From the NCBI RefSeq assembly GCF_964213995.1, contig NC_135805.1, forward strand, positions 140,616,001 to 140,680,000: a DNA stretch of 64,000 bases. The letters run 5' to 3'. A program made the translations under genes and the position numbers. Source of the stretch: Mustelus asterias (Eukaryota). The notes under the pieces are model-generated. The model saw nothing but the letters and a program-made list of their open reading frames with translations. It did not search any database and was not told where the DNA came from. Below, piece by piece: positions 1-12,147 of the stretch (its first letter is position 1; each line of letters starts with the position of its first letter).

Positions 1-80
1 TGCCAGTCCTGGAGGCCCAGATGCGTCTGCCCCATGATCTGTGATCCCCCAACCCTGGCCCTCTGAGACTGGGCCAAGCT

Positions 81-1663
81 CTAGAGCCTCTCCGCTACAG
101 CATTCTGTGAGCGAGCCAGGCTCTGGAGTCCCTCAGCAGTAGCCCTCTGAGCCTGGGTTAAGTAGTCGAGGCTCACGGCCACCATCTGCCGTGTCTCCAG
201 AATGCCAGCGAGAATCCCAGCCATGACCAGCCGTGTCTCCCACATGTCCCTGACACCCATGGCCATGGAATGCTGTGCCTCCTGGATGCTGGCAGGACCC
301 CCCCCCCCCCCCCATGGCTCGTTGTGTCTCCAGGATGGCCTGGACCTGTCACCCATGAGGACAGACCCCTGAGCCAGACTTTCCACTGTGGTCCCCCCCT
401 TGTAGCATTGGCCTGGTTTGCATGCTGTGTTGGCACCACCTCCTGCAACAGCACTTTGTTGGACTCCCCTAAACAGCCTTGCAGTCACAGCATGGTTGCT
501 GACAGCCCTTCCACGATTTCCCGGGTTTCCTGATGCATTTCCACCAGCCTTGAGATGAATACATCCCGAGGCCTGGCATCTGGCTTGGAGACAGCTGAAT
601 CCAGGCCTCCGGCAGACCTTGGTGTGCCCGAGCCCTCAGATGTGCCCGTCTCCACCTGATGTGCATCAGTGTCTGTGATGTGCTCACCAGTTAGTGACCC
701 AGAAGCCTCAACACTAAAGGTATCACTGTGGTGATAGTCTCTATGTTGGTGGGTTATGTGGTACATGCCGGTGCCGCTTCAGTGGTGCTCCCCTCAGAGG
801 ATTCTTCAATGCCTCTCTCCGAAGTGTCATCCAGGGGTCGTGGGCAGTTTGCTTCAGAGCAGCAGGGGCAGCACCAACACCCGAAGGGCTGGGTTCCACT
901 GGGTCCAGAGCTGCAATAAAGAACACACGTTAGGGGAAGGGGGTAATACATTCTATGCAACATTGCACTTACTTTGAGGAGGACCTAGGTTGAGGGCTAC
1001 GCTTCTGCTCACTTGCATGCTGGACGCCAACACGGCTGTCCATGACAATTCTGGATGCCCCATCACCCCATGCCAGCTCCATGGCATGCTCTTCAATGCT
1101 GGTCAGCTGTCACAGGTCTGGCACACCACCACCAGTCTGTGCAGTTTCATGTATGTTGTAAAGGTGGATAGCAAGCATTAATATATTGCAGTGCAAGGTG
1201 TGCAATGTGTGCCTGTGTCTTGGGTATTGTGCTGGCAGTTTCGGGGAAAACAGTCACCACTGAAGGGTGCTCGGTGAGGGAAAGGGGTTGGATTCCATTC
1301 CTGGGGGAAGGGTAACTTGTTCCATGCCCTTCAGGTGTATAAGCATGGTTTGAGATCCGTGCCGAGCATGTATGGGGTTCCAAGTGGGATGTTCACTCAC
1401 CCTTGCTGCTCGAAGAAGGTCATACAGTTTTTTCTGACATTGTTGGCCAGACCGCGGTGTCAGGCTTCTGGCATTCACTGCTTCTGCCACCTCCTCCCAC
1501 AATGCCATGGCAGATGTACCCCTTGGGCGAGGGCCCTGGCCGGGGAAGATCTGCTCACGTCTCTCCTCCACGGCATTTAGCAGGTGCTCCTGGTCAGCCT
1601 CAGTGAATCTGGGTGCTGCTGTCCTCACAGACACCTTCGTGGCCTGACTGGCTGTGTATCCAT
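81..1663 (-). pseudogene. Spliced Myb/SANT-like (NAIF1/MSANTD-type, Harbinger ORF2-like) pseudogene
   Basis: Exon 1663-1401: APRFTEADQEHLLNAVEERR..WEEVAEAVN..RSGQQCQKKLYDL, ending AGG|GTGAGT. Exon about 1143-1013: QTGGGVPDL*QLTSIEEHAMELA, ending A|GTGAG. Exon from 910 after TTTATTGCAG: acidic then coiled-coil sequence. Contains stops and frameshifts. Confidence 0.8.
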
Positions 1664-2233
1664 TCCTGCAGCTTATATAAAGCTCTGGCTTATTAGGGGA
1701 GATGCCGGTGGCATCTCCACATTATTAGAGTGCAGGTGCAGTGACTGTGGCCAGTGAAGGGCCAGTTGGCAACAAATCCTTGTGAGAAATTTTGAAGGCT
1801 GCTTTCAATTGAGTGTCATACATCCCTTGGGGTGCTGATTGGCTGCCATTCAGTAAGCTGCTGTGTCCAGGGGGCTGCAATACCCAAGGCTCCCATTCGA
1901 GAGGGAATGCTCGCAAGCTGGGGTTGTGCATGTCAGCACAACGCAAGTTCTCTGCAGGGCTGCAATGAGGTCAGTATGTTCGAGGGATGGGGTACCTGCA
2001 TTATCCGGATCCATGGGGGCATGGGGTGAGCAGGCAGCCTTCTCTGTGTGTGGGGGCCCGCAATGTCTGTATGGGGGTGTGGGGGGATGAGGGCAGAAAC
2101 GATTTCTGGATGAGGCCAGCGATGTCTGTATTGGGGGAGGTGGGGGGCAGCCATGTCTGTGTGGGGGGGACACACAGTAAGAAGTTTAACAACACCAGGT
2201 TAAAGTCCAACAGGTTTATTTGGTAGCAAAAGC

Positions 2234-2270
2234 CACAAGCTTTCGGAGCCTTAAGCTCCTTCTTCAGGTG
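2234..2270 (-). ncRNA. Minimal hammerhead motif (inverted pLTR copy)
   Basis: Reverse complement is identical to 2769-2805. Confidence 0.75.
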
Positions 2271-2768
2271 ATTGGGAATTCTGTTCACAAACAGGGCATA
2301 TAAAGACACAAACTCAATTTATAGTCTTGCCTGGTGTTCACCGCTCGACAATCACCAGGCAAGACTGTTCTCTTCCTGTTGGGGAGCACTTCAGCGGTCA
2401 CGGGCATTCGGCCTCTGATATTCGGGTAAGCGTTCTCCAAGGCGGCCTTCACAACACACGACGGTGCAGAGTCGCTGAGCTGAAACTGATAGCCAAGTTC
2501 CGCACACATGAGGACGGCCTCAACCGGGATATTGGGTTCATGTCACACTATCTGTAATCCCTACAGCTTGCCTGGACTTGCAGAATTTCACTGGCTGTCC
2601 TGTCTGGAGACAATACACATCTCTTTAACCTGTCTTGATGCTCTCTCTCCACTCACATTGTTTGTACCTTTAAGACTTGATTAGCTGTAAGTATTCGCAT
2701 TCCAACCATTATTCATGTAAATTGAGTTTGTGTCTTTATATGCCCTGTTTGTGAACAGAATTCCCACT

Positions 2769-2805
2769 CACCTGAAGAAGGAGCTTAAGGCTCCGAAAGC
2801 TTGTG
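2769..2805 (+). ncRNA. Minimal type-I hammerhead ribozyme motif in PLE pLTR
   Basis: CAC-CUGAAGA-A-GGAGC-UUAAG-GCUCC-GAAA-GC-UU-GUG. Confidence 0.75.
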
Positions 2806-3016
2806 TGGCTTTTGCTACCAAATAAACCTGTTGGACTTTAACCTGGTGTTGTTAAACTTCTTACTCTGTTTACCCCAGTCCAATGCCAGCGGGGGCAGGG
2901 GGGCAGCAATGAGGCCAGTGATATCTGTATGGGGAGGAGTAACAGCGATGTCTTGGTGGGGGTTTGTGGGGGGCGGCAATGAGGGCAGCGATGTTTGTAT
3001 GGGGAGGGAGGCCAGC

Positions 3017-3748
3017 GAATGGCAGAGTCATCAGGAGTATAGAAACACAGAGGGACCTAGGTGTGCAAGTCCACAAATCCTTGAAGGTGGCAACACAGGT
3101 GGAGAAGGTGGTGAAGAAGGCATATGGTATGCTTGCCTTTATAGGACGGGGTATAGAGTATAAAAGCTGGAGTCTGATGTTGCAGCTGTATAGAACGCTG
3201 GTTAGGCCACATTTGGAGTACTGCGTCCAGTTCTGGTCGCCGCACTACCAGAAGGACGTGGAGGCATTGGAGAGAGTGCAGAGAAGGTTTACCAGGATGT
3301 TGCCTGGTATGGAGGGTCTTAGCTATGAGGAGAGATTGGGTAGACTGGGGTTGTTCTCCTCGGAAAGACGGAGAATGAGGGGAGATCTAATAGAGGTATA
3401 CAAGATTATGAAGGGTATAGATAGGGTGAACAGTGGGAAGCTTTTTCCCAGGTCGGAGGTGACGATCACGGGGGGTCACGGGCTTAAGCTGAGAGGGGCG
3501 AAGTATAACTCAGACATCAGAGGGACGTTTTTTACACACAGGGTGGTGGGGGCCTGGAATGCGCTGCCAAGTAAGGTGGTGGAGGCAGACACGCTGACAT
3601 CGTTTAAGACTTACCTGGATAGTCACATGAGCAGCCTGGGAATGGAGGGCTACAAACGATTGGTCTAGTTGGACCAAGGAGCGGCACAGGCTTGGAGGGC
3701 CGAAGGGCCTATTTCCTGTGCTGTACTGTTCTTTGTTCTTTGTTCTTT
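3017..3748 (+). mobile_element. 5'-truncated CR1 (RT C-terminus open, (TGTTCTT)n tail)
   Basis: QRDLGVQVH..LYRTLVRPHLEYCVQFWSP..RTFFTHRVVGAWNALP in ORF 2964..3668. Confidence 0.95.
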
Positions 3749-5526
3749 GATGTCTGTGGGGAAGGGGGGGGGGGGTGTTGTGGCTGCCAGCAATGAGGCC
3801 AGCGATGTCTGTATGGGGAGGGGGGCCAGTGATGTCTGTATGGGAGGGGGCAGCGATGTCTGTGGGGGTGGGATGGCAGTGATCTGGATGCTGGGAGGTG
3901 TCTCAGCGATGTGCACATGCGTGGGTTCCCACTCATCCTGCCGATTTCAGACTCTTTGGCGTAAATAGGCCCCCCCCCCGGCACCCCGAGCGTTTAATGA
4001 TATTCGCGATTGTGCATTGCAGAGTGGGGAGATTAGGGTCTGAAGTTGCACTGAAAAAAGAGTCATGATCTAGACCAGTTTACTCGCCAATTCAGCACTT
4101 TTGGGAGAATCACCCCCATAATGTGGGAAAAGGTGAACTTGTCCTCTTTGCAGGAAAAATACGAAAGCTGCTTATTATTTAAATCAGACTTTTTCAACCC
4201 TCAGCAGTGAACCTATCAGCCCTAACGTGGGAGAGAAACGAGCAGCGAATACTGACAGCTGTGAGTATGTGGAGAGAAAAGGAGAAGACTTTAGGAGGAG
4301 GAGAGAATGCGGGGCGTGTGGGGCCTCAACCTTTCCCCAGCCTCTCCACTCCCCTCTTTCCTTGCTTCAGGTCTCTCTCTTCCCGTCTCTTTTGCGAATG
4401 AGTGAGGGTGAGTAAGTGTGATGGGTGAGTGAGTGTTGTTTTGAGATTGGGTGGGTGGTAGAGTGAAGATGCTTGGATGAGTGAGTGTGATTGGGTGATG
4501 GTAAATGAGTGGCTGATAGTGAGTCAGACTGTGTGTGTGTGTGAGGATGTCCAGGTGCAGCAGGCTCATCAAGGTGACATTTTTCTCGATGATTTTCCAT
4601 TCAGGCTTAGCTTTCCTTGCCTGTTGTCCACAGCCAAGCTGGGGACTCCTCCATTTGGCTCTTCCATCTCCATTTAGGTAATTAGGGATGGGTAATAAAT
4701 GCTGGCCAGCCAGTGATGCCCATGTCCCACGAATGAATAAAAAAAAACATTTCTTCCTCTCCATTGCTATTGTCCCAATTCTCCATACTTATTAGCTTTC
4801 AGTAATCCTGACTGTGTATAGTCAGGTAGCAATATAGATCACTGGCTGGATATTTTAATGTTGGTGTCTTTCTTTAAGAAATGCATATCACTATGCAACT
4901 CGGCAGACTGTCAGGACTGGAAGGGAAGGTTAGAGCAAAAACCGGATTGGCTGTGCAGACATCTTGCACCAAGTGTGTACCAGTACTGGGAATCCAGGCA
5001 GCCATGGTCTCAGCCACATCTCTCCCAATTTCTTATGTCTTTGTGTACAGTTCAACATTTGGAAATTCTCCATTTGTTGTCAATTATGTCGCCTGTATAC
5101 TTTCACTTGGTTCTATTTCTGAATTTTTCTGTGCAATGATCATTCACCTTAATGGATTTTTATTTTGTAAAGGGATATTCTCGGCCCATGGAATACCTGG
5201 AATATTGTGTGTGCGCGTGTGTCTGAGACTGTGAAAGTGTCTGTGTGTAAGAGTGCATGTGTGTCTGTGTCACTCCCAGTCTCAGGATTCTCATTCACCC
5301 CCACCCCTACACAGCAACATATACTCTCCACCCGCTCTCAGTAGGTGGGGGTGAGTAAATCAGCACCCTGAGACTCGGAGTGAGCTGGAAACACACACAC
5401 CCCTTCACAGTTTAATGGTCATCTTTATTAATTGCTCTTTTTAATTATCATCGCATTGCTTTGACATTGCTTTATTTTTGCTCAGCAAGTAGTTTATTTG
5501 TTCATAGTTCATTCTTTTAAAACAAA

Positions 5527-6097
5527 TAATGTTTAATGCTCCAGTTGTACAGGGTATTGATGAGACCACATTTGGAGTAGTGTGTGTAGTTTTGATCTCC
5601 TTATTTAAGAATGGATATAAATATATTAGAAGCAGTTCAGAAAAAGTTTACTCGACTGATGTCTGGGATGGGGAGGTTATCTTGTGAGGAAAGCTTGGAC
5701 AGGCTGGGCCTGTATCCAATGGTGTTTAGAAGAATGAGATCTGATGTTATGTAAGACCCTGAGAGGACTTAATAGGGTGGATGGTGAAAGGATCTCTTGT
5801 AGGAGAGACTACAACTAGAGGACACATTTAAAAATAAAGGGTCTCTAATTTAAGACTGAGGAGGTGAGAAGAATTTTTTTCACTGAGGGTCATGACTCTT
5901 TGGAATTCTCTTCCCTAAAGAAGAGGGTCATTGAATATTTTTAAGGCAGAGGCAAATAGATTCTTGACTAAAAACAGAATCAAAAGTTATCAGAAAGTGG
6001 AGTTAAGGCCACAAATAGATCCGTCATAACCTTATTGAATGGTGGAGTAGGCTCGAGGGACTGAATAACCTACTCCTGCTCCTAATTCATATGTTTG
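5527..6097 (+). mobile_element. Old, degenerate CR1 3' fragment
   Basis: LYRVLMRPHLE*CV*F*SPYLR-like sequence; 3'UTR ..GGAGTAGGCTCGAGGGACTGAATAACCTACTCC.. Confidence 0.85.
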
Positions 6098-6683
6098 TGA
6101 CTGACCCTTCCTAAACTTAACCTGTCTATCACTTTGCACGTCTACCACCTTACACGTCTACCATCTTGCCCACATTCAAAGACTGGTCCTTAAATATGGC
6201 AGTTGGTGCCGTAAAAAGGCAACACATTCTGTCTTCCCCGATTCCATTCAAATGATGCTGCAATGTGCGTTTCTGTGACAGCTGGGATTGGAAGAAACGC
6301 ACAGCAGCATTTAGTCAGGGAAATTTGTGTGCAGTGGTAATCTGACTATCATTGCAGATCTGGGCCAATAATTTTACCTTATGAAGGAAAGACTATTGTA
6401 ATATATATATAATAGTCATCTTTGGTGCAATATCATTCTGGTGCTCAAATACATAGATATTATGCCCAATCTATTTGTACCTAGATATCTCAGAAGGCTA
6501 AGGGGGAAGTCAGATTATATAATTTGTGCAACACGATGAAATCAGGAAACTGACTGTGCAAGTACAGCAACTGTGAGAATGCATCATAAATATGCCTTTT
6601 TGCTTTGAGACTATTAAAATTTCCAAAGATGTGCATTTATATATGATTTTAAAGATAATGGCCCCTATCATGATTATTTCCCC

Positions 6684-6965
6684 AACAACAACCTGTATTT
6701 ATATAGCGTATTTAATGTAATGAAACATCCTAAGGTACTTTACAGGAGCATTATAAGACATGTATGACATTGAGCTACATAAGGAGATAATAGACCAGAT
6801 GACCCAAATCTTGGTCAAAGAGGTCTGTTTTAAAATGTGTCTTAAAGGAGGAAAGCAAGCTAGAGAGGCAGAGAGGTGCAGGAATTGAATTCCAGAGCTT
6901 GGGCTAAGGCAACTGAAGGCATGGCTACTAATAATAGTTGAACAATTGTGAATGCACAAGAGACT
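6684..6965 (-). mobile_element. L2-like LINE 3' end (related copies at about 55010-55690 and 62990-63130)
   Basis: Shared motif ..TATTTATATAGC..CATCC(C/T)A(A/G)GG..CTT(T/C)ACA..CAGATGACCAAA..GGTCAAAGAG at these loci. Confidence 0.55.
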
Positions 6966-8218
6966 TGCATTAGTCATATTTTCACCAAATACCAGATAAA
7001 ACAAAAAGCCTCACTGGAGTGGAGCAATTACAGATGAAATGGAAACAAAAGAGCTTTAGGTACAGGACAGGTTATTTCCTGCTGACTGACACCAGTGTTA
7101 ATTATTTTGCTTAAGGGGTTCACAAAATAGCTGGTTATAATGTGACAGATATTCAGTGCTTTCAGACGTGTGAAATCATTAAAATGACAAGTTTAATCAA
7201 ATGTGTCACCAAAAGATATAGCTCCTAAAATAACTAATGCAAACATCAAAATTTAGCTTTTCCAAGGAATGTGACCTTTTTTCTATCCTTGAATTCAATT
7301 AACAAGTAAAAATCCTCTAATCTATTATGCCACAAACATACAGTGGTTGAATCCAATAGAAAAGAATCTATATTCTCTACAGACTTTTCAGTAAAATTTA
7401 TCAATTCTGTGGCATTCATTGATTAAAGTGAACATGTTTTCTGCTTTGATAAATAGTGTGTTACGATCTTATTTGGGACTGTTAATACCTGAAGTAGAGA
7501 CCTGAACACCTTGTAATTAACTGAGAACTACGCCACATTATTAAACAAGAATTAAACAAAACGGGGACTATTAACAACACTGCAGCTTATCAAGATTGTC
7601 CTATAACTTCAGTTATAACCCTCCCAGGAGTTTCCTTACCTCTCAAAATCTTCATTCATTTGAATCCAACCCCAAAAGTATGCCACAGACTTCTGGAATT
7701 TACTTTAATTCGCCTTGCTGTTCCAACTATTCCTCCGAGGTTAGATTCTGAGAGTCATTCCATTTGCTTTTGTCTATGTGAACCTCCAATTTTTCCTTTA
7801 CCGGCTGTGGATATCTCATCATCTTGTTCAGGCTAATGGCAGATACTGAATTGGCTTCCTAAGTTAACTCTCCTGACTGCTTTTTGCCACAATGTTGTGT
7901 GAGGACCATTGTAGCTTTCTTCCATGAGCTTTAAACTAGCCAATCTTCTGGCTATTTTGCCATCACAAAATCTAAACTGAGATAGAGCTCCACCCACCTT
8001 CCATGTGGTGATCAATGAAGTAAGGTTAAGGAAACCTTGTGAATAATTCCGACCTCTAATGGAATTTTAGGGCCCCTTTTCCAGAATTGCTGGCTTTTAG
8101 CTTTTTTTATGGAGCTACCCTGACTCTACCAAGAAGTCCAGAAATGAGTCATCTATTGTTCAAGTTCTTTCATCATCAACACAGATCTTGCATGTTAAAC
8201 ATAGGTTAGTGTAGTAAC

Positions 8219-8402
8219 TTTTACAGATGCACAGTAGAAAGCACTCTTTCTGGTCGTATCACAGCTTGGTATGGCTCCTGCTCTGCCCAAGACCACAAGA
8301 AACTACAAAAGGTCACAAATGTAGCCCAATCCATCACGCAAACCATCCTCCCATCCATTGACTCTGTCTACACTTCCTGCTGCCTCGGCAAAGCAGCCAG
8401 CT
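8219..8402 (+). mobile_element. Rex1/Babar LINE fragment
   Basis: FYRCTVESTLSGRITAWYGSCSAQDHKKLQKV; homologous to about 63460-63650. Confidence 0.8.
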
Positions 8403-8798
8403 TAGTGTGACATGAACCCAATATCCCGGTTGAGGCCGTCACACTATTTGTAACCCCCACAGTTGCCTGGACCTGCAGAGTTTCACTGGCTGTCTTGTCT
8501 GGAGACAATACACATCTTTTTAGCCTGTCTTGATGCTCTCTCCACTCACGTTGTTTTGTTTCTTAAAGACTTGATTAGCTGTAAGTATTCGCATTCCAAC
8601 CATTATTCATGTAAATTGAGTTTGTGTCTTTATATGCCCTGTTTGTGAACAGAATTCCCACTCACCTGAAGAAGGGGCTTGGAGCTCCGAAAGCTTGTGT
8701 GGCTTTTGCTACCAAATAAACCTGTTGGACTTTAACCTGGTGTTGTTAAACTTCTTACTGTGTTTACCCCAGTCCAACGCCGGCATCTCCACATCATG
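8403..8798 (+). mobile_element. 5'-truncated PLE with short 5' inversion
   Basis: Matches 2545-2890 and has the full 3' end ..GGCATCTCCACATCAT. 8404-8440 is an inverted copy of the GIY-YIG tail. Confidence 0.9.
8663..8699 (+). ncRNA. Minimal hammerhead motif
   Basis: CAC-CUGAAGA-A-GGGGCU-UGG-AGCUCC-GAAA-GC-UU-GUG. Confidence 0.72.
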
Positions 8799-8799
8799 T

Positions 8800-9830
8800 C
8801 AGCCACCAAAGCCAGAGGTCGCCTTGGTCACCACTGTGGGCATCGAAATCTCTAGCTCAGATGCTTGTACATAAGAACTTGTTGCTCTCCTGTGTAAGTG
8901 GTTGACATGCTCTTTACTCGATGGTCCTGTGCCTCCAGCACATAAGAGACTGGCCCCGTCTTCTCCACAACTCTCCCTGGCACCCAGGCAGGTACACACC
9001 AAGATTCCTTGCCAAAACAAGGCCATCAACATTAAACAACTTGTCCCTTTCTGAGAACATGATACTGTTTCTGAGAGGTTTGCCTAGCCTTCACCCTCCC
9101 CAACAAATTTGAAACACAAAGTCTAAACAGGTACGCAGGTGCCGACCCCTCAGCAATTCTGCAGGCATGACCCCAGTGGTGGTGTAAAGTTTAGTGTTGT
9201 AAGGTAGCAAAAAACTTGACAATTGCAATTGCAGTGGCTCCTATGAGCTTGCTTCTTCGTTGAAGCCTTGAACATCTACACAGCTTGTTCCGCCAAGCCA
9301 TTCGAGGCAGGATGGGAGGGTCCAGACCTGAGATGACGAATGCCATTATATTTGTCAAAAGTCTGAAATTCGACAGCCGGGAATTGCCACCTCGTTGTCT
9401 GATATCAACACTTTGGGAAGACTATGAATTTGCAAAGATCTGGGAAGACTATGAATTTGCAAAGATCTGTCTCAGTTTTTCAATAGTAGATATAGTTGCA
9501 GTGGATCTCATGAGCTGAGCATCCACACATTTGGAATGGGCATCTACTACATGTGCCCCAAAAAAAGGCCCAACAAAACCTACATGAAACCATGACCACG
9601 AATGGTCTGACCACTCCCAGGGGTGCATGTTCGCTAATGGCGGTAATGGTTCCTGAGTCTGAAAACTTTCATACAGCCCAACCATTTGTTCAATTTCTCT
9701 GTCATTGCCAGGCCACCAGACATAGCTTCTGGCCAGCATTTTCATTCTGCTCCGGCAACGATGGGCATCATGAAACTCTTGGAGCAGTGGCCTCTCAAAT
9801 GGCTAAATAGCCAATTAACTAATTAAGTAA
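8800..9830 (-). mobile_element. Decayed Gypsy LTR retrotransposon integrase region
   Basis: MKMLARSYVWWPG.DREIEQMV..PWEW..HVGFVGPF..VVDAHSK; further on TTGVMPAELLRGRHLRT. Confidence 0.85.
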
Positions 9831-11821
9831 ATATCATCGATTTAGTGATGCAATGGGAACTGGAGATTGAGAAGAGTAACAAATCGCCAAAGTCCAAGTT
9901 AGTTCAAACAATTTTTGACATATAGTCTACTCTTGATTTTCAGAGCTTTTTTGTGCACTGAAAAAAATTAAATTGTCCAAAGTTTTCAATTAAGTAATGT
10001 ACATAGCATAGACAAGTAGAAAAATAATGCTGAAACATTGAATGAATAGATAATTTGAATTAAGTAACTTATAATTAAGAGGAGTAGACTGAATCTCAAT
10101 AACTGGGTAATTTGGCAATTGAGTGTAACCTTCATGGGAATTTCCCAAGAAGTTTCAACTTCTGATGAGCAATTCCCCTGTTCCCCAGGACCTTCCATCA
10201 ATGTCTTCAACTCTGAGTTAGAGATTTCACGCGATCCAATGTTCTTACCAGATGGTTACCCAGGAAATGTCTGACAAATTAAAATCTAATCTAATTCCTG
10301 GGTAACTTCGCACTGACCCCCGCCCCCTCCAATTACTCACAAGGACATCCCAACTACCCCTTTCCCCAACCCAGCCTGAATACCCCCAACCACTGATTAC
10401 CCCTTTGAGTACTCTGACTAGATCTGACTAATCCCCAACTACTTCCTGACCCAACTCAATTTTGCTGACGTGACCATGCCTTGACTACACGTCTAACCCC
10501 CAGACCCAACTTCCACCTCAGCCACACTACCCACCTCACCCACCAATACACCCTATTCACCTACCTACCAGCCTCACCCATCCCGTCCACTTACCTCACT
10601 TACCCGACCACATTACTCTTTCACAAATTCATCCATTGACTCATTGAATAGCATTCGTTAATTTAGCCGTTCACTAACATTCAAGCTGGACATTTAAACT
10701 TGCATATGGCAAGTGGTGCTATAAAGAGGTGTGTGTCCTGTCTTCCCCTTGACTCTACTCCGCTTAGACAAAGCTGTCCGAGGGATGCTGCTTTCTACAT
10801 TTCTGGAAAAGCCAGCTTGGAAAGTCCTGGAAGAAATGCAGAGCGGCATCAGATTGGGGAAATTTTGAGCAGAGCGGCAATCCGATGATAACTACTCCTC
10901 AGAATACCTGAACCAATATGTCATGCATACTGGGCAGGAATTAAGGTGGAGTATACCTATGTATTTCAGGCAACACCTAAATTTAGTAGTCAATTGAATG
11001 AAAGAGGCAGAGATAGACAGTCTTGGTAAATAGCCTGGAGCACTTCAAATATGTTGGGAAGAGGCAACCACAAGTGGTGTCAGCCCCAGCTAGCCGTAAA
11101 GAGTGGAAGAACTTAACTGCATGGGATGGGGAAGGGGACAGAAGACCATGGAAAGGAGGAAATAGAGGATGGCAAACGTGCTGCTACGAGGGCAATGAAA
11201 GTATTGGAGGAAGCAGGCAATCTGGGGCAACAAGCTACTGAGCTTGGAAGAATTAAACACCAAGCATTAGATAACTTAGACTTGCATGTCCACCCAATGG
11301 TGATATGAAGCAGGAGGGACAGTTTGTTGGAGCAAGGGGCCAACTAAGAATGTTGTACATTTTCAGGAGGGAGGTTGCTGTGTTATTAAATGCCATCTTT
11401 AATCCTAGGACAACTTTGTAGTGCAGGAAAAAGCAGCCAATGTAAGAGCTGTCTGTTCCCCTGACCATTCCTTTGGCCTCTTTATATATGGAGCAATTCT
11501 TTATTTATTATGCTGACAATTTCAAAGGCAAAGTGGCACTTGACTGTGAGGAGGGGGGTGAATGCGCGACTGAAATAGTTGCTGAGCATGTTGACTCACA
11601 TCTCAGATGTGCTGCTCTAAAAATAATATTGGATCAACAGGCATGAAGGCATTGTAGACAAACTCTGAGGTCTTGAGACAAATGGTAGGATGGCTTCAAT
11701 CAGATAAAGAGGCAGCACATGGCTAAAGAAGCAATTTTGATTCTTTATAAGCAGCAAAATCAATAGTTAGGGATTGGTTAACTCACTTTGCTAGGTGGTG
11801 AGCATGTTGTTCAGAATAATG

Positions 11822-12147
11822 ATGTGGAGATGCCGGCGTTGGACTGGGGTAAGCACAGTAAGAAATCTCTCAACACCAGGTTAAAGTCCAACAGGTTTAT
11901 TTGGCAGCACTAGCTTTCGGAGTCTCCAGCTCCGTCATCAGGTGAGTGAGGACTTGTGTTCACAAACAGGGCATATAAAGACACAAACTCAATTTACAAG
12001 ATATTGTAAATTGAGTTTGTATCTTTATATGCCCTGTTTGTGAACACAAGTCCTCACTCACCTGATGAATGAGCTTGAGACTCCGAAAGCTAGTGCTGCC
12101 AAATAAACCTGTTGGACTTTAACTTGGTGTTGTGAGACTTCTTATTG
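11822..12147. mobile_element. Fold-back mini-PLE (two inverted pLTRs) with 14-bp TSD
   Basis: About 11858-12000 and 12004-12147 are inverted repeats. TGTTCAGAATAATG at 11808-11821 and 12148-12161. Inserted in a tRNA-like SINE head. Confidence 0.88.
11908..11944 (-). ncRNA. Minimal hammerhead motif
   Basis: CAC-CUGAUGA-C-GGAG-CUGGAGA-CUCC-GAAA-GC-UA-GUG. Partner copy on + at 12059-12095. Confidence 0.7.

Larger units (their letters stand above)
2171..2890 (+). mobile_element. 5'-truncated Penelope-like element: GIY-YIG C-terminus, pLTR and inverted 5' pLTR
   Basis: HRSTITRQ..VGEHF..AELKLIAKFRTHEDGLNRD* at about 2339-2557; 2171-2321 is the reverse complement of about 2718-2868. Confidence 0.9.
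2020..3900. repeat. Degenerate G-rich minisatellite (about 35-bp unit GGGGGCAGCAATGAGGCCAGCGATGTCTGTATGG) split by PLE and CR1 insertions
   Basis: Units visible at about 2020-2170, 2891-3016 and 3749-3900. Confidence 0.75.
1..4117 (-). mobile_element. PIF/Harbinger-like DNA transposon remnant carrying a Myb/SANT gene, with nested PLE and CR1 insertions
   Basis: Myb/SANT exons, an internal GC-rich minisatellite, and a TIR-like end GGGAGAATCACCCCC (4103-4117) resembling other G-rich termini at about 20867, 38666, 56490 and 59892. Confidence 0.6.

Noticed and set aside
2020-3900. Repeat-spacer-like pattern suggestive of CRISPR
   Set aside because: Degenerate G-rich minisatellite in a vertebrate genome, with no unique regular spacers and no cas genes.
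4186-4680. hAT-like terminus CAGACTTTTTCAAC and similar end at about 27940-27953
   Set aside because: No paired TIR or 8-bp TSD could be established by eye.
7459-8201. Possible solo LTR (TGTTA...AACA)
   Set aside because: No matching TSD and no second copy in the window.
9414-9467. Perfect 27-bp tandem duplication
   Set aside because: Local duplication at an insertion junction in a dead Gypsy element; no sign of function.
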